Shown: piece by piece, positions 14,181 to 27,082 of the stretch
Layout of the letters: every line of letters starts with the position of its first letter
Position numbering within the stretch: position 1 is the first letter of the stretch
DNA from: Gnetum montanum
Taxonomy: Eukaryota > Plantae > Gnetophyta
DNA length: 64,000 bases
NCBI GenBank assembly: GCA_015680685.1
Contig: MNCI01000737.1
Coordinates: 601,198-665,197 of the forward strand
Reading direction: 5' to 3'
Notes under the pieces: model-generated
Database searches by the model: none
Told to the model about the DNA's origin: nothing
What the model saw: only the letters and a program-made list of their open reading frames with translations
Translations under genes and position numbers: made by a program

Positions 14181-15974
14181 TTCATATCTTCAACTTAAGA
14201 TTGTTTTTCTTTATTTTCAACTTTAACACATTTTTTTTTTCTTCAACTTTTTTTTAAAGAAAAAAATAACAAACATTAAATAAATATTTATCATGATAAC
14301 AAAAGTTGCAAGAATTAGGAAGATTGTGGTAGGTAATTAGCTGAATATAAGTTATCCTACTTGCTTGTATACTAAATCCTTTTTATGGTTAAGAAAAATA
14401 ATTTCAACCAAGAGGAAAAACATCTACAAAAACCAAATGCAATTTATTCTCTCTCTAATCCTTAAGAAATCCATTACAATTAATAATGAATTTGTATGAT
14501 TTTAAATATCTTGTGAAAAATCAATATGTAAGCTATGGATGGTATATTATAGCTAGCCTATTTCTCCTACTTCACAAGGCAATCATGCCTCTAAGGCGTA
14601 AGTATAATAGTGTCTTAGTTACAACTCAAACTTGTAACATTTTGGTTGAATTTATCAAATTATTTGCTAATTTAACAACTTGCTTATAAGCTATGGATTT
14701 ATGATTTGAAAATTTTTAAATATGTTCCACTTTGAAAATTCACGTTTCAATTTTCTTTTTCTCTCAATTTTGTCTTGAAAAGTGAGATTTTAGATCAAAA
14801 TACAATACCTAAGGTTAACAACCCTGAAATAAAAAATGAGATATAAACTTTAAATCATGGATATTAGGGATTGTGTATGTTGTTAAAAATCATAGAAATC
14901 ATTTTTGTTATAGTAGTAGCCCAATTAATGTTAGTGAAGCATACATTATTTGGTTAGAACATGTGGCGTGTTGATACATATGCTCCTTAGGAGCACAATA
15001 ATTAACTTGAAAAAATCATCACCAAATCTTTTACCTACCTTGATAGGGTAATCCATGTTGTTGGAATAAATGCAACATGATAATGAGAAGTTGTAGCCTG
15101 GTAATTTATTGAATTATTATAAAAATAATTTTAAATAAAAACATTCAAAGTTGCTATAGGGCCAAGATTTATGCTCAATGGACTTTTTGTATTTTTACTA
15201 AATGAATTTTGTAATGATTTAGGATGGTAAACATAATAACGTAATGAAGTATGTTTTCGGAGGGATGCGAGTTTTAAGATTTTGTTGTTGGTGCATCTCA
15301 TGATGTGTTATGATACCTACTTGATGTGCACTTGTTACATGGAAGGACGGTATTTTAGGCAATGCTTCAATGTAATTTACGTGGAAAATTTATGCTAAAA
15401 AGGTGATTTGCAAAACCGTATTTCCATAATTTGTTAGTATGGACACACGTTCCACATGATTGCTTCAACTATCCTAGGGTTTCCCTGAAATATGCAGCCA
15501 TAATCTCACGGTCAAACTCTAACAAACCCTAAGACAAGCACAAATTAATATGTTGATACGAGAAAAGTACGAGAGGTAAGGTCCCCCCCCCCAAAAAAAA
15601 AAGACAACGTTGAGTTTTCACATCCATGTACTATTAACCATACATGGTGGTGGGTGTGATTATAAGTTTAGATTCTCATTTTGTCTTGGTTGAATGCTCC
15701 AACAAGAATAAGTCAAATAGCATCATGGGTTTGCCTTTGCTTTTTTTTTTCTCTTTGGTTTTGAAATGGGGGCAATGCTTTCCCCACCAACCAAACCATG
15801 CATGAGAATCTTGGCAAAAAACACATCATGACATTCTAAGCTTGGGGCCTTGGTCATCCCCACTAGATAAACATCACACACATTTTTTTCAAACAAAAAA
15901 AGAAAAAAGAAAAACAAAAAAAACATCACAGACAATAGCATTGGCATAAAGCATATAAACAATGAAATTGAAAT

Positions 15975-16320
15975 GTTGCATCATGATTCCCCAAGGAATA
16001 TTCCCAAGGGGAATGATGCCAAAGAAACCCTAGAGGGTGAATGAGTACATTTTTCAAAGGGGGGTACCAGTACCAAGACTCCCATCACACTTAAAGAATA
16101 TTCAAAATGCAAATTGAACTATTATTTATTATCATGAACCTTTATAATGGTACCTTGGTACGTGTGTCCAATTGCCGTGATTCCTCCTCCTCCACGGTGG
16201 GACCCACCTGCGCAACATCAGAAACAGCCGGTGGTGGGCCCCCTTCCAAAGTGCTGATTGCTGTGCATCCTTTTTAAAAATATTCTTGGTCTCTTTATAA
16301 TCAGAATATTCCACCTGGAT
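15975..16320. promoter_or_regulatory. Distal upstream cis-regulatory cluster of the MYB-CC gene (3x P1BS, TCP sites, telo-box)
   Basis: GAATATTC at 15996, 16096 and 16304; GTGGGACCCAC ~16197 and GTGGGCCCC ~16234; AAACCCTA ~16025; locally CpG-retaining. Function inferred. Confidence 0.5.
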
Positions 16321-18044
16321 GAAGCAACACGGTCTCATTTTCTTTGATTTTTGTTTGTTTTTTTTTTTTTTTCAACTTTTGCTTTTTGTTTTCTATGCTT
16401 TATGATGCTGAGGTAACCTGCTTTATAATTATTCTTTGCTTTATTGGTATTTTTCCATTTCAACGTGTCATGCATTCCAAGGACATCCCCCATTTTGGAA
16501 GACAATTCCGGAGATTATTGCGTATCAAAAAAGCTTTGTGGGGTCAAAGCCAAGGAGGGCAGAGGTGCATGGTGGTTGGTTTTCAACTTTTGCTTAATTT
16601 TTGCATAATTCTTTATGCCCTTCATGGGATCCAGTCCAATCCTATGGTAATATTTTGTTTTTCATTGATTCATGTTATTAGCTAATCGCTATCATGGAAA
16701 GTGGTGAGACGATTTGTGTTGGATTTAATACGTATTGCAATGCAAGATGCAACAATTGCATGGTCAAAGTTGCACTGGAATAAACAAATGGGAGAGAAAG
16801 AATAGTCTTGGCAATAATGGTCAGACCTTGATGCAAGGTTCATGAGTTAGGATCATGAGTTAGGCCATTATAGATATTGGGGATTGACGGTCGTTTACTC
16901 TAAGTTTTTCCTTTTCCTTGATTAGTTATAATTCATTTTTATTTAATTAGCGGTGGTGAGATTGTGGTTGGTAGCTGTTTCAATTATAGTATTTTTAACT
17001 AAGATAAATATTTTAGAGGGTAAGGCAATAATCACGTGTTGAATTGTTCATTCACAGTTTTTTGAAGTTTGTTTTCCTTTTGCTTAACTTTCTATTTAGG
17101 TTGTGAAGCTTGAAAGCATAAGAATTAATTATGTCCAAAAATATGACTCTTGGGTTGAATTACTATTTATATTTGGTGATGAGAGCATAGTTTAATTGGT
17201 ATGTTTATTGCTTTGCATGGAATAGGTTCCATCTTTTAGTTATGTTTTGAGGTGTTGTGTTATACTTACATCTTACCAAAGTTTCATGTTGGTTGTATGG
17301 CTTCATGTACAAATAGTCATATGTTTGGTGAAGGTAATGAAAGTTTAGCTCAACTAGTAAACTCATTGCTTTATAGGTAACACACTGCAAATTTAAATTG
17401 AGCTTCAAACTTTGATATGTTGTGCTATTATTAGAGTTCTACCAATCTTGTATTGACTAAATATCCTATGTACATGTGGCTTAAGTTTCATTTTCAATAC
17501 CCCTTATATTCTCTACATATTATTACAAGCATAATAAATTCAATTTTAATTTGAGATTCAAGATATATTATCAAGAAGTTTGAACCACAAGTCATTTAAA
17601 GAGTACCATTTTATACTAGTTGTTAAATGCTTTCAATATTTCAAGGCAATATAATTTATGATTTATGATTTACAAATGAATCATAACGATGAAGTAATAC
17701 TATAGTTATAATTTCACATGCTTAATACTTTGTAATATTGGTTTGATAATGAGTTGCTAGTTCAAGTCACATTTACAGCACCTAAAATAATATGTAATAT
17801 TGTGGGTGTGGATGTTGGAACCCAAAATAATTTTACTATTGGTACACCCCAAGATATATAGCCAACAAGATATAGTAGAAGAATATAATGATGTCTCAAG
17901 TGTGACTCAAACTAGCAACCTCTTGCCTAAGAAAGACAATGAGCTACCTATCATTAGCAAGTGTCAAGGTTTTGAAAATCAATTAATATATACATATAGA
18001 AAAAAAGGTATTGGGTTTCAATAAACCCCTTCTTCCCCACCCCA

Positions 18045-18185
18045 TGTGATATTGAGCTGGCAAGTCACAAAACTATTGTCAATGATAAGGCTGTGATATT
18101 GAGCTGGCAAGTCACAAAACTATTGTCAATGATAAGGCTGTGATATTGAGCTGGCAAGTCACAAAACTATTGTCAATGATAAGGC
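18045..18185. repeat. Perfect tandem repeat, 47 bp x3
   Basis: Unit TGTGATATTGAGCTGGCAAGTCACAAAACTATTGTCAATGATAAGGC starting at 18045, 18092 and 18139. Confidence 0.97.
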
Positions 18186-18983
18186 ATTATTGGAGAGTGT
18201 TTGACATGAAATGTAGATGTAGCATTATGGTAGGATCTTCAACTTTAAAAAACAAAGAACTTTACAAAGTTTGCATGATTTGCTATTCTATTAAGTAAAA
18301 GATCATAATAAAAATTAGAAAGCAACTTAATTAAAAAATAATTTTGTTAAAAATATATATCATTATAGTTTTTTTTTTCTAATTTCTCTCATGTACACTT
18401 TAATGCAAACCAATCATTATAAAAATCATGATGATAAAATAATCCTTAATAATAATGCATAAAACTATAAATACAGAAACCTCCTGATTTGACCATTAAA
18501 TCTTCTTAAAAATTATAAAACCAACTAAGTAAAATAGGGAAGAAAAGAATGCAAAGATTTGCATTCCATTTACGTTAGAATCGACAGCATTGTATCAAGA
18601 AAGAAGATAAAGTTAATATTCGAGACATAGCTTTTAAAATTAGGTTTGAGATGGAGAGGATTTGAGCTACGATGGATTTAAAGGGCATCTCCACTTTATT
18701 CATGCTTGGGATTTTGGGAGAATGGAAAGAATCATACGGTAAAGAAACATAACAAAGGAACGCAGCGTACATACTCCAAAGCAAAAAAAAAAACACTGTG
18801 TTTCAACACCACAAGTATCCTTTTCTAGGTCCTTCTGTGGGTATTGAGTTGATGGCACATAAAGGTACCCATTTTTGTGCAAAACCCCCTGGACCCTTGA
18901 AAAATCCTTTTGGTATCATCAGAAAACAGCAATAGTAGCAGTAGTAGTGTTGTTCCAGCTTTTACCTTGATACCTTGCCTCTT

Positions 18984-20760
18984 GGATATGCGAACCCACA
19001 AAGTTTAAGTTGTTGTGCATGTCTCATGAAAGTGCACCAAGTAAAACCTAAACCTCACTTTAAAAAAAATACTGCAAAGCCGGTGAAATAACATCATGAA
19101 CAGGAGAATGAAAATGGATGGAAGGAAGAGACAGCATAATGTTGGTGGGTGTCAAAGAAGTTGGGATGAAAATGGCAGGAAAAAGGCCGCAACTGCAGCA
19201 GCAGGAGCAGGAGCAGTCAAAGGCATATGCAGGAAAAAAAAAGGGGCAAAAGAGAGAGTGTTGAGATTTGGCATAATGAGGCCTTTGACAGGTCCACACT
19301 GCACTTGCAAAGAAAATATACAGGACTCCTTACTATTTCTCTTTTTCTCTCTCTCACTTCTCTTCCCATCTCTCTATTTATCTATATCCATCTTTCTTTG
19401 ATAATACCAGTACCATGAATTATTGCTGACGGTGATGGCATATTCCCACCGCCCTCATCAGTCTATTCCAATGATTCCCTGTATTGTTCCTATCTTCCCT
19501 TCTGTGTGTTTTCTCTGGCAGGACAGCCTCGGATTTGCCTTCCCGTCTTTTTCCAGTATTGTTTTCCTGATGCAGACATCTCTGTTTTGGCCAAAGCAAA
19601 GAATATTCGTCCAACCACTTCTTAATAGTATCCTGGCTCTCTTTCTCTCTCTCTCTGCTGTCATCATGGTTTTTCCTCGTCTCTGCAGTGTGGGTGTTTT
19701 GTGTTTTTGCACTTTTTTCCTGCTACTTTTATCTGGGTCGTTCCTTGTATACCACCAACAAGTTTGAATGGGTCTAGGATGTTCATGGCTGGTCTTGCAT
19801 TCTGGGTTCTGTCTCTTTTACTGCTGCGGTTTTTTTTCTTTCCCTTTTCTCTCTTTCTTCACAGGAGAAATCTCCCAATTCAGAGGAATCGGACCCAATT
19901 AGATAACATTCCTTCACAGACTTTGTGTCTGTCATGAGCCTGATTGATTTCTGCTTCTGCTTCTGCTGCAGAGGAAAGAATGACTACAGAGAATAGGGGA
20001 TGTGGATTTTTGAAATTAAGTCCAGAGAAAGAGGCTTTGGTAAATAATATTAGTCTTCAAGGTGGCATATGCTTGGGGAGTTCTCTTTTTCTATCCAAAG
20101 AAAGAAAAAACAGGCATCATATTCCTGCCGCTGTGCTTTAGTTTTATGTTGCTGGGTTCATATTATTTTTCTTCGATGCTCTGCACTAGGGCAGAATATG
20201 TCCCAAATCCCACATCGGAAACCGGTGTTTCTTGTCCTACTTTGTACTGAATTCACCCTCCTCCCATTCCATTCCATTCATTCCCATGAGAGGGCCTCAT
20301 GCTTTCCTTTTTCATCACATGATTCTGTATTTGAGCTTTTGTTTCTGTGTGGGGTGGGTTTAAGCTTCCCTTCTTGCTGTTCCAACTTTGGAAGAAGCAT
20401 ATCATCATCATCACCAAAACAAATTGCTTAGCGGCAGCAGCAGTGGGGTCTGCTGCAACCCCGAAAAGCAGCCATGGCCCCATTCAATCTCCAAAAGCGG
20501 ATTGAGTTGCAGCTGCCTGTGGGTACTTTCCTTGGTCAAGATTCTGTTAAAAGATCACCCTCATTGGCCTGAATTTTAAAACAACATCGGATTTTTAGGT
20601 GGTGAAAGTTTTCTCTTCTTATTCCTCAACCCCAACAACAACAATAAACCGTCATAATTGAGAAAGCAGTAGCAGCCCAGACACTATATATGGCCTCACC
20701 TGCACAAGCCCTGGAGGCCTAGCCATGGATTTAGGTCAGAGACAAGCACTATATATATGT
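18984..20760 (+). promoter_or_regulatory. Proximal promoter / 5' region of the MYB-CC gene with 5 P1BS sites and TATA-like motifs
   Basis: GNATATNC at 18984 (GGATATGC), 19223 (GCATATGC), 19438 (GCATATTC), 19601 (GAATATTC) and 20065 (GCATATGC); CT-rich tracts ~19340-19370 and ~19637-19656; CTATATAT at ~20685 and ~20749. TE-free and higher GC. Confidence 0.55.
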
Positions 20761-20917
20761 GAATGAATGCCTTTGGTAGAAGTGCAAGATACAGAGGACA
20801 CCATTTTCAACCCTGTTGTTCGTTTATGTTCAACCAGGAGAAACAGAACAGAACATGATCAGCTTTGTGCCCAGTTTGAATTCCAAGTCTGATATTGCTG
20901 CAAAGGGATCCGAGAGA

Positions 20918-23350
20918 ATGTATGAGGCCAGGAAGAACTCGGATTCCCATTCTCATAATAGATCCCTTGTTTATCATGACACCAGCAGCTCATCTGATAC
21001 CGGTTTGGTGCTCTCCACTGATCCAAAGCCTCGCCTCAGATGGACTGCAGATCTCCATGAGAGATTTGTGGATGCTGTGGCTCTGCTAGGAGGCCCTGAT
21101 AGTAAGCAAACTTGACACACTTAAACTTTTCTTGTTTCTTAACACAATTCTGTTGTAAATATTGGTCCTACACGGATGGAATCAGGTCTGGTTTCAGTGT
21201 GAAATCAGTGGGCATTAAACCTGGACTTTTGTTGTGATATTATTGCAGAAGCCACACCAAAGACTGTCATGAGAGTCATGGGTGTCAAAGGACTGACCCT
21301 CTACCATCTCAAAAGCCATCTTCAGGTATATTTGCATTCTTGCCTTTCTGCCTTTTGTTTTCATCCCTATCATTTTGTAGCTTAGGCAAAATGGCTAATT
21401 TTGTTCCTGCCCATGAATTTAGGGGCACTGAATTGTTTTGATTAGCTGACCCCATTTTGTTTGGACAAGGGTAGGATGATGAAGAAGAAGAAGAATTATT
21501 TTTATTGTACCCAATTAGTGAATTGCAATTGATTTTTGCAGAAATACAGGCTTGGCAAACAACCACACAAGGACGTTCATCTGGATGCAAGCAAAGATGG
21601 TGAGACACAGAAATCCTGTTTCTTGCTTTGAGGGTCTCTATTAATTTCCAAGATCTTATCAAATGAAAACAAACAGGCTTCCGGTATTTGGCTTTATTTG
21701 ATGGCAGTTCGCTTGAAATGGATTGGAATTTCTACCTGAAGCATTGTCTCATGGAGTTTGTGTTGCAGGCATTGGGTCCACTGCTTGTCGGGTCTCAGAG
21801 GGTCAAGGTGCATGTAGCTCTGTATCAAGCACAATTCCACAAAATACGCCATAGTAAGTGCGTTATACATCACATTCTATTGTTTTACTTGCCCATCCCC
21901 CACCCACCTTTTGTTTTTCGGCTTCTGTCCAACTGACGCTGTCATGGGAATCATTCTCTTTTCTAAAGTTGAATCATTCACTTGATGCTTTGATCCCTAT
22001 TATTTTAGGAAGATACCTCACACAGAGACATGTCGTTTTCCCTTGGTATATGCCATATCATCTAACCTTGAGAGATATAAGAGCCTTAGGACCTTTAACA
22101 GTTGAAATCATCATATTATGTTTGTAGTTTTGAGCTTCAATTCATTGCTTAACCGATGCTCTTGATCCTCAGTGCTTTGCAGATAACAGAAGCGCTTAGA
22201 CTGCAGATGGAAGTACAGAAGAGACTTCATGAACAATTGGAGGTAAAGCTACTTTCCCACTCTGCTCCATCTATGCTATTTCATTTTCATCCCCAACACT
22301 GGCTGTCCTTTATTCAGAGAATTGAGGAACATTCTATTGCAAGAACTATGGCGGTTAATCGGATCAGTTAAATGATACTATTATAAATTTTACAAAGTTT
22401 CAAATGCATCTTATTTTATCACTCTTTTCATATTGAATTTATTTACTTTTCAAGTATTCAAAAGAGTCTCAAGTTTCCTACTATATATTTGTGGATCCTG
22501 CTTGACGGGATGAACATTGAGCCTCAATGAGCCCTTAGTTTTTCTAATGTTGCAGGTTCAAAGACACTTGCAGCTTCGCATAGAAGCTCAAGGCAAGTAC
22601 TTGCAATCTATCCTGGAGAAGGCTAGGGAAACCCTAGCAGGCCACAACCTGGGCTCAATTGGGTTGGAGGCCACAAGAGCAGAGCTTTCAGAACTTGCCT
22701 CTAAAGTGAAGAGTGAATGTTTGAGCTCAGCATTTCCATCTCTGTCTTTTCCCCCAATGCCAGAGATTCCTGCACTGTATTCTGAATCTCAATTATCCCA
22801 TTCCCATCAACCCACCCAAGCTGTGGATTGTTCAGCTTACAGCTGTTTGACAACTACTGAGACCCCTGAAAAGACCCGTTTGGATGACATGCAGTCTTGT
22901 CCAAGAAAAAGGTCTAGAACTACTGTGGCATTTGATCATCACAGCAACAAAGTTCCCTTCTGGCAAGATGATATCCGAGAAGAAGACATGATTGTTGGAG
23001 AAGATAATGTATCCTCTCCATCTTCTAGGACCAAGGACAGCACCATTATTTTTAGTGACAGGAATGGTGGAGATGGGAGACCCACGGAGGAAAATCTAAG
23101 CAGTTTTGGAGATCAAATGGTCAAGGATTATGATCATGAAAAAGTTGGATTTTTTGCAGCCCAATCACCACCGCCCATATCCACTGCTTTGAGTTTGAGA
23201 GAGACTAACGAGTCCTATGAATCATCAAAGCTTGGTTTCAGCAAATTTCCCAAGTTGTCCCAAGGCTTGGACTTGAACATCAATGGTGACTCCTCCGTCT
23301 CATCAAAAGAAAGGGAGCTTGACCTAAACTGTCTGAGCTGGAGCAGATAG
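20918..23350 (+). CDS. MYB-CC family transcription factor (GARP Myb DNA-binding + LHEQLE coiled coil), MYR1/MYR2/APL/PHL-like
   Basis: GT-AG exons in frame: 20918-21101 (alternative in-frame ATG at 20855), 21249-21325, 21542-21599, 21769-21853, 22173-22242, 22556-23350 = 422 aa from 20918. Motifs [97 protein letters not shown], and a C-terminal ELDLNCLSW resembling MYR1/2. The 77- and 70-bp exons are typical of the family. Confidence 0.95.
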
Positions 23351-25979
23351 GTGTGCATTCTGTCTCCCAAGTTTTAGACAATCTTGTAAAATGTTTTTTG
23401 CATTTCAGAGAGCAGTTGGCACTTTTTCAAGGTGCCTTTCTTCCATGTGTTATGGGTATTATTGCATCAAGCCCTTACGTAGATTGTTTGTTAGATATAT
23501 TTTGACAAAATATGAGCCCAATTTTCCCTATGAAAGTATTAACCCCTCCAAAGAAGAAGAAAGGCATCATCCCATTTAAAATATAGCTTGTAAATCTGTT
23601 TATGGAGATTCTGACTTGTGCTCCAGAATCTTTAATAATGCCTAAGAAATGAGAAACAGTGCAGTTGCCTACCATTTGCTCAGAAGTCATCTTCAGAGTC
23701 ACAGAGCCATCTTCATTGTATGGGGTATGTGGCTTACGTCACAATGTCCAAATAAAATCAACTATCTTTTGATTTTTAAATGACTTTACCAATGAAACAT
23801 ATGCTCCATACATGCACTTGTGTATTACAGGAAAAGTGGCAGAATGGAATGAAAACATGATTTTGATTCTTTTGGTTAAGACGCCGAACGGCAAATATGA
23901 ACTAAAAGAATCATTACATCACTCCAAAAGTGCGGATGTTTACACTAGTTTCTCTGTGCTACAATTAGAAACATGATGACCGCCTCTTTATCTAAATTAA
24001 AGTGGAGGGATTTGAGGAAAGAAATGATTTCAATTTATTGACCAAATAATGTTTGATGGGAACTTTTGGAATAATTTTAACTTGTCTTGCACTCGAATCA
24101 AACACCCTCGATAGATGTTGATGATAAATGGTTGAGAACATCAACGTCCAAGATCGGTTGGGATTTCAAAATGATTCCATGCCCCACTTTTAATTCAACT
24201 TGGGAAAAGAACATTGGATGCTTTGCATGCATTGATTTCATGGAGATCTACGATGAAATTTAGAATTCCTTGTTGATTTTGTATTGTACATTATCATTAA
24301 ACTTTATATTTAAATTCTTAGGCTGGCATATAAGATTTTCTCATAAGAAAAAAGAGTGGTGATCATGTGTGTAGTAATGTATAGGATCACAATAAGTTTT
24401 TATTCATTTTAGTAATTCTTGCAATCATAATATTTACCCCCAATTTTTTAAATACAAGTCGTACAAAATCTTGAAAATATTAAAGTAGGTTTTTAGAAGA
24501 AGATCATTGCTTTATAAAATCAAAGATTTTCACTCTACAATTAACATGTAGAAAAATAAAATAAAGAAAAATGCGAAATAGAAATCAAAACAACAACATA
24601 GAATTTACATGGAAACCCCAAATTGGGATAAAAACCTGTAATGGTCAACCCTTCAACTTCCTATATAATGTAATGACAAAATTCACCTCACCATACTTTA
24701 ACATAATATGTAACCATTTGTTGGGAAATAGAAAGTAGTCAACTTGATGAGGTTAGATTATATTTAATTCCTTAATTTTAGCTTGACAAATCCAATCTAA
24801 GCACTACTAGTTTCAAGATGAGCAAGCATAAATTTGCCTCTAACAGAAATTTGGATCATTTTGCAGTTTGCTAATCAACTCTAAATGTTGAACAAATGAT
24901 CATTTGTTAACTTAGGAATCTATGTTGGACCACTTCAATTTCAACCTTTCTTTCTAGCATAATGCCTACATATCTTGTTAGTGTCACATTAGGATTGAAC
25001 ATCTGATTTGTACAATGCAAGTCACATACCTTAACAAATAAGTCATAAGCCTTGATAAATTATGTATTATTGGGCAATGGATTTCCTATTGATGTTATAT
25101 AAACATTCAAGGTGTATAAGGTCTTTAATTTGTGTGTTGCAAGGGTAACCAAAATATTAAAAAGATTTGAAGTTCCATTTTTGACTAACCTAAAATAATT
25201 TTTTTTAAGTTTAAATTTGGATATGTGCGCAACACACATGGTTAGCCCTTATGCATCAAAATTCCACTATGAGCTTTATAGGATACCCATGTTACACAAG
25301 CTCGTGTAATATACTAAAGCAATTTAACATATACTCATCCATAGGACATATATCTAACAATGATGCTTTTGTAGAGCTTAGGTTACATCAACATGTCTCT
25401 TGGAATCAAACCTATGACTTTGCAACCTCAAATCACATGTCTTCTTAACTAAGTGAACAATACCTTATATTCTAAGTATAATAAACATGCGTTCTAATTA
25501 TGATACCCAAGAATATAAAATCCTATGTCAATCACAATAGAGTTTGAGGTATGAGATAAGAAAGAACACATGCTCCCTCTCTCTCTCTCTCTCTCTGAAG
25601 CAAGAAGAAGGATCGTGGTAGAATATTGAAACTACAAAATCCTGAATCAAAGCACCAAAGCTCAACCACCAAACAATCATTAAATTGAAAGGAAACCCAA
25701 CATTTAAAAAAAAAACCTCTTTTTATTCACCTAAGAATTTTTAAAAAAAATATTCAAGAAAACACCCACGCATCACCATGGTTTCCATCAATCAAAGGCA
25801 AGTGTCCCAAACGGCAAAAAGTAAAGAATAAAAGAAACAATTGACTTCAAAAACCGGGGGGAATCATCATAAAGGAGAAGAGTAACGGTGGGGGCAAGCC
25901 CTAAGAAACAGAAAAAGGGCCAAGAGAGAGAAAGAGAGGGAGAGGACAATAATGATAATAAATAATAATACTAATGCAG

Positions 25980-26500
25980 GCACACTTTTGCAAAGTGGAG
26001 GGAGTAGAATAATGGCAAAAGATTCCGGTGTGCGAATATTCGGGAAAACGGAATTTTAATTAAAAAGCGGTGGGGGCGGATCCCAAATTGCGGAGCCAAA
26101 AATTGAATAATATTATTAAAATAAATGAAATGATTGGCCGCGGCGTCATTCACAGCGTAAGCAGCATTGACTCTCTCTCTCCGTGCGTCCGCCGAATCGG
26201 GCCAATCCCGTGCCGGACACGTCGCCGCGGCGCCACGTCATCCCCGGGCCCACGGACCCGCCTTTTGAGGGGAATATTCCCTGACCGACTTTTGGACCGA
26301 ATATTCGATTTCGAAAACCTCGTCGCCATATACGCAACACAATATTCCTTTTTCTTTTTTTTTTTTTTCTTTCTTCCTCTCTTCTTTTTTTTTGTTTTTT
26401 TTGCTGTTCTGTTACCGTACAAATTATCCCACCACCAAACTTTTTCTGTTAATTGGTCGTGCAGGCCCGTCCGTCCGTTTCCGGGTTCTGGCGATTGGCA
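25980..26500. promoter_or_regulatory. CpG/GC-rich orphan regulatory island downstream of the MYB-CC gene (3x P1BS, CCAAT, ACGT and TCP motifs)
   Basis: GAATATTC at 26034, 26272 and 26299; TGATTGG ~26131; GCCAAT ~26201; GACACGTC ~26216; GCCACGTCATC ~26232; GGGCCCAC ~26246. Many CpGs in an otherwise CpG-poor window; no credible ORF. Confidence 0.55.
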
Positions 26501-27082
26501 TTTTGTTTTTGTTTTTCTTTTTTACTTTTTCTGGGGCGAAGGTGTTTTCTGTGAAAGGGAAGCGAAGAACATTTTGGTCTCTGTATCCTTTTTTTGCTAA
26601 TGGAGGATGATGTGAATCGAACCCGGTCCGTGCTACTTTGGAGGCAGGAGGGATAATTTTTCCACCGCAAAGCGGCTGCTGGAATCGAATTTGGTTCTTT
26701 TCAACTCTGTCCGGGATTGATCTAATGTGCCTCCCATCACTGAACGAATATGGATAGGTGCTTTGATTTTGGGGCACTCCAAAATGATTGAAAGGCATGG
26801 ATGGTGTTCTGTCTTTCTTTTTGGTTTCTTTTTGTTTTTTAACACTTTTTCCTGAGTTCAGTAAATTTGGAGTTGGCAGCACCATCCTTTCCTATACCCT
26901 CTTTCTGGGTCTAGTAAATTTGGAGTTGGTAGCACAATCCTTACCTCTACCGTAGGGCAAGGTAGATGTGACCCTTTTGTAGAAGTATGCATAGAAATCA
27001 CAACCTCTTATTCAAGCAAAAGGTAACTTTGATGTTGATTTTAAAAAATAACCCAACATCAACTAATTTACTTATGATCAAG

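Noticed and set aside
19060-20579. Many overlapping ORFs upstream of the MYB-CC gene
   Set aside because: They reflect CT/GA-rich, stop-poor composition; no recognisable protein. uORF status cannot be judged without a TSS.
26070-26885. Long ORFs of 153-176 aa in the GC island
   Set aside because: Low-complexity poly-F/poly-K products from T/A tracts, overlapping on both strands, with no domain.
26953-26981. IPS1-like miR399 target mimic (TAGGGCAA...CCCTTTTGTA) downstream of the P1BS island
   Set aside because: Only 8 nt match exactly; it would need a much larger bulge than known mimics, and the seed-pairing side has 3 mismatches.
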